Assembly (NCBI GenBank): GCA_043228905.1
Contig: JBHGNT010001466.1
Span: forward strand, 1 to 8,027
Reading direction: 5' to 3'
Source of the DNA: Azolla caroliniana
Taxonomy: Eukaryota > Plantae > Polypodiophyta
Length of the DNA stretch: 8,027 nucleotides
Of this stretch, positions 1-8,027 are shown in pieces. Made by a program: the position numbers and the translations under genes. The notes below the pieces were generated by a model. It worked only from the letters and a program-made list of their open reading frames with translations, was not told where the DNA came from and made no database searches. The stretch's first letter is position 1, and each line of letters starts with the position of its first letter.

Positions 1-14
1 CACCAAACCTACTT

Positions 15-145
15 CGTTTGTCTGCCTCTTTCACTTCCAACTGTTTTCTTCTTCTTCTCTGTCTCTCGCGCACTCTCTGTTGGACTCTCTGCTCACAGTC
101 ACTCACATCTACTGTCTTCGCACTTTCTTCTTCACTTTGTCTCAA
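15..145 (+). other. Pyrimidine (CT/CTT)-rich low-complexity tract, Y-patch or 5'UTR-like
   Basis: Runs such as TTCTTCTTCTTCTCTGTCTCTC and CACTTTCTTCTTCACTTT. A regulatory role is only inferred. Confidence 0.5.
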
Positions 146-168
146 GCGTTCAACAGTTTCCCCTAACT

Positions 169-249
169 TACATATAACTTTATAAAGTATACATATGTAT
201 AAATGTACATATGTACATATATACATACATCATATATGTATATATATGT
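169..249. repeat. Degenerate (TA)/(TACA)/(TATG) microsatellite
   Basis: GTATACATATGTATAAATGTACATATGTACATATATACATACATCATATATGTATATATATG. Confidence 0.85.
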
Positions 250-264
250 TTCTTGGTCGACCGA

Positions 265-366
265 ATGGTCGGTTCGACTACACCATCCGGTCAATCCGAC
301 TGGTAGGCCCTCAATTACCTATGATTCACCCAACCCCCAAATCGATCGATTGACCGATCCGACCAT
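265..366. repeat. Imperfect inverted repeat in a CG-rich (GACCGA/CCGAC) patch
   Basis: The right arm GATTGACCGATCCGACCAT (348-366) reverse-complements to ATGGTCGGATCGGTCAATC. The left arm has ATGGTCGGTTCG (265-276) and CGGTCAATC (288-296). Confidence 0.55.
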
Positions 367-467
367 ACAATCAAAATTCGGCGACCGAGTCCTCCCATCA
401 AGAGGGATGCAATACCTAATAGTTATCAATCAAATAAATATTAGGCATGATGCATGCATTCTTAAAC

Positions 468-530
468 ATAACTTTTTCTACGAATACATAATTTCATTCA
501 ATAACTTTTTCTACGAAAACATAATTCATA
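468..530. repeat. Tandem duplication, 33-bp period
   Basis: ATAACTTTTTCTACGAATACATAATTTCAT at 468 and ATAACTTTTTCTACGAAAACATAATTCAT at 501. Confidence 0.9.
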
Positions 531-594
531 GGTGAAAAGAATATAGAGGTCAATCGTCACAGTGTCATCAACATTCTACATTGTAATCATCAAC

Positions 595-1050
595 ATGGAA
601 ATCATATTTACAATCCACCCCAATGGGGCTGCTGTGCATCCATATGAACCCATCCCTCCTAACCATACAAACCACTACAAATGGTGGGAAGAAATGACAA
701 CAAAGATCAATAAAATTGCCACTGCTCCTGATACATGTCCATCCAACACGAAAAGTGGCCGGGATAATGTGAAGATTTCGATTCCTCCCAAAAAACTCAT
801 GGAAGCCAAGAAAAAACCATATTGGGATGAAAACCTGATCATCTGACCATTGTATACAAATCTTGTGACCAAATCCTGTCTTGATGACTGTAAGGTACTA
901 TGTGTGAAGAAATTTATGGAAAGACATAAGAAATCAGGTGCGGTAGAGCTCATAGAATACCTCATTCCTACCCCCCTCGATCTTAACAATCATTATTCAA
1001 ACCTCTCCCAAGATAATATCAAAGATTTCCAACTTCTGGTCACAATTGAT
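595..1050 (+). pseudogene. 5' DUF247 gene remnant A (N-terminal ~150 codons) with in-frame stop
   Basis: ORFs 562..846 and 850..1104 share a frame across TGA 844-846. LII*PLY corresponds to the conserved TIGPL motif (GGA>TGA). KWWEEMTTKINK, ISIPPKKLME, DDCKVLCVKKFMERH, PLDLNNHYSNL and FQLLVTID align with KWREWMTITINN, ISKPPKALLD, DHCKAMCVLRFMKTH, PCNLNTHYSSL and LQLMLTVD of the minus-strand copy. First ATG is at 595; similarity ends at TID (1050). Confidence 0.85.
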
Positions 1051-1424
1051 TTGTTTGGCCTCACAGAAACTTCCTTACCTTCTAATTTTTGGATGATTGT
1101 TTAAATGATCCAATATATTCCATCCATGCTGGCCATTGCTCTATAGTTGACTTTGTTGCCATTAACTGTTAATCAACAGTTGGGTCCACAAAAATAACAT
1201 TTCACAAATCCTAACACAATCATAAGTATCTCAAAGGAGCCTGCATAGAAATTCAAGTGCATGTTGGTTAGAATTATGAACAAGTAAATCTCATTAGTGT
1301 ATCACCATGTCCATTGAATGAGTTAATTCTGTATTTGTGAATATATCATGGTAGCATGGTGACAAAACTCAAAATAGTTTTCTCTTCCCACTGAACAATT
1401 AAGGATCCTGCGTTGGACAAATTT

Positions 1425-1740
1425 TGGATGGTTTTGAAGCCTCCCCAAGCATTGATGGAAGTGAAGCCAGAGTCATATTACCCGAAATTTAGTGACAATT
1501 GGTCCATTGTATCAAAATCTTGAGCCTTCGCCCATTAATAATTTGAAGGCGCTATGTGTGAAGAAATTCATGGAGCGACATAATGAGAATATATCAGCAG
1601 TGGAAGACCTCGTCTCTGCTGAACCGCATGAAATTAACCACATCTATGATCTCCACCTTCCCCAATCTGAAATTGAGTGCCTCCAACTTGTGGTCACTGT
1701 GGATACCGTCTACATTCATGAATTCTTGCTGTTTATCCGG
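1425..1740 (+). pseudogene. DUF247 gene remnant B with +1 frameshift, truncated at both ends
   Basis: 1425-1487 reads WMVLKPPQALMEVKPESYYPK. One extra base at about 1488-1491 then shifts into ORF 1492..1836: VTIGPLYQNL...KALCVKKFMERH...LQLVVTVDTVYIHEFLLF. This matches WTISKPPKALLDVRPLAYSPQLLTIGPLH...LQLMLTVDTIFIYEFLLW of the long copy. Similarity is lost after about 1740. Confidence 0.87.
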
Positions 1741-1793
1741 GTAGTTTGCCCTATGGAAAGAATTGGGTACTTTAGTGTGTCAACATGTTCTTG

Positions 1794-1869
1794 TTTATAT
1801 TATTGTCTAACATGTTCTTGTTTTTCAGCAATTTGATGTTTAGTGTGCACATTCAGATTGGGCGATTGC
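1794..1869 (+). repeat. Dispersed direct repeat, copy 1 (partner 6243-6317)
   Basis: TTTATATTATTGTCTAACATGTTCTTGTTTTTCAGCAATTTGATGTTTAGTGTGCACATTCAGATTGGGCGATTGC; 69/76 aligned columns are identical to 6243-6317 (hand count). Confidence 0.9.
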
Positions 1870-2215
1870 GACAACTATGATTAGATAACAACCTCACACT
1901 ATTAAAAAAATGTATGAACACTATGATTGAGCGTCTTGATTCGTTTGTTGTTTCATGGGCGATGAGAACTTAGTTGATATTCAGTAATTCACTAATCACC
2001 AATTATTTATCAGAAGTACAGAGTCGGATTGCAAATGGCATATTCGACCATGTTTTTATGAGACCATCATAGGATTCCTATTCCCAGTCACTACAAATGA
2101 ACAAATAACAGAAATAACGTCCAATGATCCCAAATGAATGAAAAATAAGAGAAATAAGAAAGCTTCTGTTTTTCTGCCCTAGGGTTTGATGAAGGTACGG
2201 TCATCAAATTAGGGT

Positions 2216-3638
2216 CTAACTTTTGTAATAGCCTGCGACAGTGTAGCCTGTCTGCACTAATGAGAAAAGGAGCAGTAGAAACGCCACCAGGAGTGAAATG
2301 GTTACCCCCGGTCGAGAGAAATACTTCTCACGAAACTCCACATACATACATGGCACGCCCAGGATTCTCATAGTCGTCCAATACATCTTCTATCATGTCG
2401 TCCCAATCCGGGCATGGCCGATCCGAGACAGTGATGCACATGTCGTTCCACATCTTGAGCACCTTCTGGTCGCTCCCCAAGTGATTCTCTATGACCCACG
2501 CCTCTGTCAAGATCGCTACATCCTCCGGCGTGTCGATGAGCGAGTCCATGATGACCGCATACTTAGTGAAATAACCTTCTTTTCCGGAGGTTTGTTCATG
2601 TGCAATAAGGTTCCTTAGCATATCCTCCGTGCCAGCTTCCACGACAAGCCGTGGAAGATCGAACCGAAGCTTTTTCTTGTCATAGCGCATCACTGATATG
2701 GCACCCTCCATTGCCCTGAACCAGATGCCGGCTTTAGAGAGCTGTGACGCTGTCGGCAGGCGATTGCGATATATAGTTATCTTGTGAGGAGCTTGTTCCG
2801 TCCGGAAAAGATTCAGTAGTAGTGGGATTCTACATGGATTGATGGCTTTTCTCTTTGTCTTTATTAATGTCGTTCGGATGACCCAAACATATAGGCAATC
2901 AAGTAGATGTTCACAATTATGGAGATTTTCAGGATTTTCGAAAATTTCGTATCGAGGATGCCACATATAGAATGGATCAGCTGCTTTGATGATGTTAACC
3001 AATACTTTGTTGAGCTTAAGATCTTTTTCTATGTTGGGTTTCGTTGGAAACTCTTCATACAGCTTCATTAGAAATGACATGGGAATTTGGTTGCCCATCA
3101 AGAACAGGTCCCTAAGTATTTGGTTGGTTGTGATTTCATTTTTGCAGAATGTGTAGAAGTAGTCGTGTTGCATGAGTTGGGATCTGGATTCTTCCGTTTT
3201 GGGTTGAAATTCAATCCATAGCCATAGCAAGAATTCGTAAATGAAGATGGTATCGACAGTGAGCATAAGTTGGAGGGTTTCAGGGCCATAGGCCGGAAGA
3301 CTTGAATAATGGGTATTAAGATTACAAGGGGCATCCAAGTCGCATTTCACGAGCTGTTTCACATCTGATATCTAATGTGTTTTCATGAATCTCAACACAC
3401 ACATTGCCTTACAATGATCAGCAGAAGAGATTTGACTAAAGATTTCATGCAATGGTCCGATGGTCAGGAGCTGAGGGGAGTATGCCAGTGGCCTGACATC
3501 CAATAAGGCTTTTGGAGGCTTCGAAATCGTCCAACTTTTGTTAGACACTTCTGTATGAGCATCAGTGGCATTATTGATTGTTATTGTCATCCATTCTCTC
3601 CATTTCTCTTCTTTAGTACAGGATTTAGATTGATCCAT
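2216..3638 (-). pseudogene. Near full-length DUF247 (PF03140 / UPF0481-like) plant membrane-anchored protein gene with one premature stop and one frameshift
   Basis: ORFs 3372..3638 and 2328..3362 are in the same frame, separated only by TAG (ATG AAA ACA CAT TAG ATA TCA GAT GTG = MKTH*ISDV). Family motifs occur in canonical order: AYSPQLLTIGPLH, DTIFIYEFLL, DLFLMGNQIPMSFL, HLLDCL, LPTASQLSKAGIWF, LPRLVVEAGTEDMLRNLIAHEQ, TKYAVIMDSLIDTPEDVAIL. Removing one ACAT from (ACAT)3 at 2340-2351 restores the typical tail MYVEFREKYFSRPGVTISLLVAFLLLLFSLVQTGYTVAGYYKS*, with the stop at 2216-2218. Family assignment is by motif recognition, not by database search. Confidence 0.92.
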
Positions 3639-3769
3639 TTGAAGTGTAAGGTTGATTTCTTTCTTGTTGATATTCTCTTAAACTTTAACTTCAGACTTCT
3701 TCTTCCTGGGTGGGCACAAACTTGATGCTTTCTTCTAGAAATCAAACACCAGCACTAGACTTGCCTTGC

Positions 3770-3820
3770 AGGAGATAGGAATAGAGAGACAAATGAGAAA
3801 GAGAGAGGGGGAGAGATAAG
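3770..3820 (-). promoter_or_regulatory. GA-rich tract (CT-rich on the minus strand), probable 5'UTR/Y-patch of the long DUF247 copy
   Basis: AGGAGATAGGAATAGAGAGACAAATGAGAAAGAGAGAGGGGGAGAGATAAG lies about 130-180 bp upstream of the ATG at 3638. CT-rich tracts are common at plant transcription starts; function is inferred. Confidence 0.45.
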
Positions 3821-3872
3821 ATTGCCAGTCTAATCATAGAAATTCTATTAATTACATTAGCAACAATAATGA

Positions 3873-3970
3873 TGTGTGAAGGAATTCATGGAAAGACATG
3901 GGATATCAGATGTGGAAGAACTCATGCATCATATATAGAAGCAAAGACATGAACTTAGGTGCCTATCTAT
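3873..3970 (+). pseudogene. Short DUF247 remnant C, not in the ORF track
   Basis: Reads CVKEFMERHGISDVEELMHHI*KQRHELRCLS. 3873-3926 matches the long copy's CVLRFMKTH*ISDVKQLV codons at 42/54 nt (hand count) in inverted orientation, and matches CVKKFMERH of remnants A and B. The 3' boundary is uncertain. Confidence 0.8.
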
Positions 3971-4532
3971 TTATCTATCTAGAAGTAGAGACATAGGAAT
4001 GAGATAAAGCGTGTGTATGGGGCCAATAATCATATCATTTCCCATAAAGATCAAATGCTCTCTTCCATATTTCTTGACCAATTCTTGTATTATTGGAATC
4101 AAGAGCTTATCTTCTTTTATTTTTGTGATCTTGACTGACTTATGTACATGAAGTCAACAATCATGCAAGTTAAGGATCATGCCAAGGGATACTAATTAAA
4201 CTGGTCGATATGTTATAAAGACAAATATGTCATGATCCGCTGGGTCTACTAATAATGAGATGTTGATCATTATACATATGTTGTTGTTATCATCTTTATG
4301 GTGTTACCATTGATGGATTTTTTAGACTTCACAAAAGTATTTTGTGCATAACAAACTAGCATCTTTTGAAGAGAATTAGAGTCAGAATTGTTACTACATG
4401 TAAGCAAACACGTATAAGGGACTCGGACTCGCCTATGAATAAGCGGTTGATTTGCACATTTCTATAATCAATTCTTTTTGCCATTTATGAGGGGGATTAA
4501 AATGTGGTGCTACATTACAAATTAATTATTTA

Positions 4533-4573
4533 GTAGCATTATGAATCGGATGATTGATGTAGCATTATGAATC
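4533..4573. repeat. Perfect 15-bp direct repeat with 11-bp spacer
   Basis: GTAGCATTATGAATC at 4533-4547 and 4559-4573. Confidence 0.8.
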
Positions 4574-5819
4574 AAGAACTTTTCAAATAAACGTGGATAT
4601 TTTAAACATTAATGTTTCACAAAGCCCGGCAAGGATTCGCTTTTCCTAAAATCTTGGGAGATCCCAAAAAGAGTAAAAAAGTATTCCAAAGTCAAAAAGA
4701 GCACGAACATTTTTGTTAATTTTTTCATGTAGGCCTTGTGGAGACCATCAGCTAGAATTATGGAATCTTAGTTGCAGAGAATATTTTTTTAAGTTTTCCT
4801 AAATTGTTTTCCAGATTCAAAGCTTTTCCCTTTAAACCAAAAACCTTTTCCACTTGGGCTACACTTTATTACATTCCATTTTTTTAATCCTATCTTTTCA
4901 TATTCTAATATGATATCTCCTTAGGCCCTCACTTACCCGTTTCACCTTACTTTGCCCGCCATGTCACGATAACAAGTGGATGGCATTTATGGGTATCTTG
5001 GTTTGGGACAAGAGCACTAGATAAGTAGTGGACACAACCACAAGTTGGGTTGTTCGGGGCTTTGGAACACCACCAAGATGGAATGCATGTTGGCAATGCA
5101 GAATCTTGGGTGGTAAAATTGAGGGACGAGGCAAATTGGGGATAAACACATGTGACCATGAACTTGCAAAATAGGTGTACATATGGATACAATACATAAC
5201 GTTTATTAATGTTAAGAAAATTCGCATGGCTTATTACAATGATGTGGATGCACATAATTGTATTGATGGCCTTTAGAGTTTTCCCCAACATTGTTTACAG
5301 ACTTTCATTAACACCATATCTCTTAAAATTTTAAATTGTATGAATTGAGAAGTCAATTCATCCATTTTTACCCGAATCCTTTGTTTTAGTTTGAGCAATT
5401 TCTGACACCTGTGGAGTCTGGACCACTTAGATTGACTTCTTTATCTTAAACTTTTATCTCTCTTTAGAACATTAGGATATTAATACATTGACTTGTCGTA
5501 CTTTAATATCTTTAAATATATTGACCAAATTATATTTTTTAATATTGGCTTGCTCATATTTTAATATCTTCAAATTTACTTCTTACACGTGATATCAATC
5601 ACAGCAATATTAGCCATAATGCATGAAAACTTGTGAACAACTAACAAATTAACTATACATTAAAATATTGTAAGTTGAAGTTAGTAATATCTATGAACTA
5701 GATCGTGTGATTTCTCATTGATTTATCGCAATCATTAGCCATCTATTATAACTTAAGAGTTGAAAACTCCTTTCTTCTTGCAATGATAGTCGAGCTTGTT
5801 GAAGCACATCTTTAGTTAG

Positions 5820-6262
5820 TTTTGGTGATCCATTAAGACTCAAGGTTGGAAAGTTTTCTTTATTGACGTCAACATGTTTTGGTGAGATCCATGACGACTC
5901 GAGGGTAGAAGTTTTTCCATACTGATGGTAACACGTTTTTGTGGGGTCCAAGAAGACTCAAGGGTGGAAATTTTTCTATATTGATATCAACACGTTTTGG
6001 TGTAATCCACTAAGACTCGAGGGTGGAAGGTTCTATATATTGATGTCAACACGTTTTGGTGGTATCCAAGAAGAGTCAAGGGTGGCGATGTCAACACGTT
6101 TTGGTGGTATCCAAGAACGAGTTAAGGGTGGCGATGTCAACACGTTTTGGTGGTATCCAAGAAGAGTCAAGGGTGGAAGTTTTTCTATATTGATGTCAAC
6201 ACCTTTTGGTGGGATCCAATAAGAGTCAAGAGTCGAAAGTTTTTTATATTATTGCTAACATG
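5820..6262. repeat. Minisatellite: 8 tandem units of ~59 bp, two internally deleted to 45-46 bp
   Basis: Consensus is approximately TTTTGGTGGTATCCAAGAAGAGTCAAGGGTGGAAGTTTTTCTATATTGATGTCAACACG. Units start at 5820, 5877, 5936, 5995, 6054, 6099, 6145 and 6204. Confidence 0.95.
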
Positions 6263-6317
6263 TTCTTGTTTCTCATCAATTTGATGTTTAGTGTGCACAT
6301 TTAGATTAGGACATTGC
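6243..6317 (+). repeat. Dispersed direct repeat, copy 2 (end of last minisatellite unit plus its 3' flank)
   Basis: TTTATATTATTGCTAACATGTTCTTGTTTCTCATCAATTTGATGTTTAGTGTGCACATTTAGATTAGGACATTGC, matching 1794-1869. Confidence 0.9.
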
Positions 6318-8027
6318 AATGATGATGAGACAAGACATTCTAACAACCTTAAAAAACATTAAATGTTGAGCCACAATGTGAAAGTATCACCTTTATCCAC
6401 CATATAAGGAACTTTCACTATTCCAACAATTTATTTGTTGTCATAAATAAGAAGGTACCTTATGATATTACATAAGGATGTGATAGTGTGGTGGTTAAAC
6501 TTGTACTCTAAGGTTATATTTACAAGCCTAAAGCCATGGTTTTGATATTGTATTTGTTATACAATTCTTTATTACTATGGTTTTGACATCAAAGTTGTGT
6601 TCTATACAAAAACTCCTCACAATCTTAGTTTGAGGTCTTCTAGAATGTACACCACTACTTCACTTCTAAACACAATACAAGGAATGGAAATGGTTCTAAC
6701 TACCATTTAAAATCAAGGCTAATATTGATGTCCATTATTTGCCATAAAACTTATTACTCTTATTTTGGCATATATTTGTTATTTATTAGATTCCCTATTG
6801 CTCAAGGTTATGTGAACCATGGAGAATAAATTTTGATTCATTACAATATGCACATTATGCATACGTATGAATACGCGCAATATTTAGGAATTCAATAACA
6901 TAAAACTTAGATATATTCAACTTATTCTTCTTGATCTGATGCATTTTGTCTTTGAGGATACACAAAACCAATATATATCGATGGAAAATTTATACCCTAT
7001 GCTTGGATAACAATAATATACCCGACATTCCTTTTTAACGAAGATAAGATCATCTAGTAGGCACACAATATAGGAAAATGACATTCATTCTAAGCTCTAT
7101 ACATACATTCTAGATTCTCAATCTATACATACCTAAATTCCTTCCATTAGTTATAAAATTTTAAAGATGAGAATGTTATATACAAATCCCAATAGGGACA
7201 CAATAGTTCCATCTTATAAGGAGGCCCGTTGACTCAAGAAAGGGAGAGGATAACGATTCAGTTGGATGAAGGCTAATCGTTGTCTTTCGACTCCATTGGA
7301 TCCATCCATGAGGCCATCGTATTGGCTCTTTAGAGTAGCTACAACTTCACTCCATATCTCCTACAACAATTGTGCTTGATGCATGGTTTGATAGGAAAAG
7401 ACCTGTCTATATCGTTGTTTACAAAGGACCCAAAGAGTAATTGGGCTTACAAATTCAGCTTTGGTATTTATAAGACTTGAGTGGATATTGTGAATGGTGG
7501 AAAACAAATCCCTTCTGCCTTTATCACCAGTGTCATCCCCTCCTCCTGATGTTCATACTTGTCAATTGGGCCCTGCCATGATAACCAACATACATTTCCT
7601 CACTTGTTTGTGTGTTGCACCTAGCACGATAGCAATAGGCGGCCAACCCCCCACCATATTCAATGGGTCTTTGGGCACTCCCACAAAGCATGTCGAATTG
7701 ACTCTATTACATTTGGGCACACTACACAATTACAAGAGCTAAGGATCCCACGCGGACACACTCCAAACAGTAGTGACCTATGTGTTATTAGCCATTGGAA
7801 TGTAATAATTCGCCTAACGTGATGTTGTTTCTATATTTTCTGCCAAAACTTAGCAATAATTACACGGGGAGCATGACATGTGTGCCACGTCTTTGCAACA
7901 GCCAGCTCTCAAACGATTTGAGCAGCTCGAATGTGGTGTCCTAATCTCGTTGTGAATTGGAAGAAAAGGATAGCCTTGCTTCCTGGACCCGCATAAGGAT
8001 CGTGTCCCGTCAATTGCAAAGGGTCCT

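Noticed and set aside
203-989. ORFs 203..535 (+) and 675..989 (-)
   Set aside because: The first runs through a microsatellite, an inverted repeat and a tandem duplication; the second is antisense to remnant A.
1083-1104. Similarity of AATTTTTGGATGATTG to the start of remnant B (about 1420-1436)
   Set aside because: It is too short and AT-rich to distinguish from chance.
2180-2214. Telo-box-like TAGGGTTT and TTAGGG
   Set aside because: They are isolated short matches 3' of the gene, not in a promoter or a telomeric array.
2298-3334. ORFs 2298..2618 (+) and 3098..3334 (-)
   Set aside because: They are antisense and alternate-frame shadows of the DUF247 coding sequence.
3363-3420. Intron removing the premature TAG
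   Set aside because: The paralogous remnants align collinearly through this site, leaving no room for an intron.
4947-5291. Overlapping minus-strand ORFs, and a plus-strand GHNH peptide resembling a Mutator/FAR1 motif
   Set aside because: They are short with no recognisable domain, and a 3-4 residue match is expected by chance.
5715-6222. ORFs 5941..6222 (+) and 5715..5951 (-)
   Set aside because: They are translations of the minisatellite, shifting frame between units, with no protein features.
5820-6262. CRISPR-like periodic array
   Set aside because: Whole units repeat with no unique spacers, there are no cas genes, and the context is eukaryotic.
7494-7742. 82-aa ORF as a candidate small secreted partner peptide, by analogy to the grass S/Z-locus pistil peptides
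   Set aside because: No N-terminal hydrophobic signal peptide and no other support. I found no convincing small secreted ORF in the window.

Overview
AT-rich eukaryotic DNA, almost certainly land-plant nuclear sequence; the lineage cannot be fixed from sequence alone. The left half is a decaying cluster of DUF247 (Pfam PF03140, UPF0481-like) genes that the ORF track splits into unrelated-looking pieces. It has one nearly full-length, intronless minus-strand copy (2216-3638, about 472 codons when repaired) broken by exactly two lesions: an in-frame TAG at 3372-3374 and a 4-bp ACAT slippage at 2340-2351 that frameshifts away the C-terminal transmembrane anchor. Three diverged plus-strand remnants (595-1050, 1425-1740, 3873-3970) cover only the N-terminal third and are all inverted relative to the long copy. 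The right half has no supportable genes. It holds an 8-unit ~59-bp minisatellite (5820-6262) whose 3' flank recurs at about 91% identity just past the point where the second DUF247 remnant breaks off (1794-1869). Several small repeats and low-complexity tracts are also present. No RNA genes, CRISPR arrays or recognisable transposase/RT coding sequence were found.
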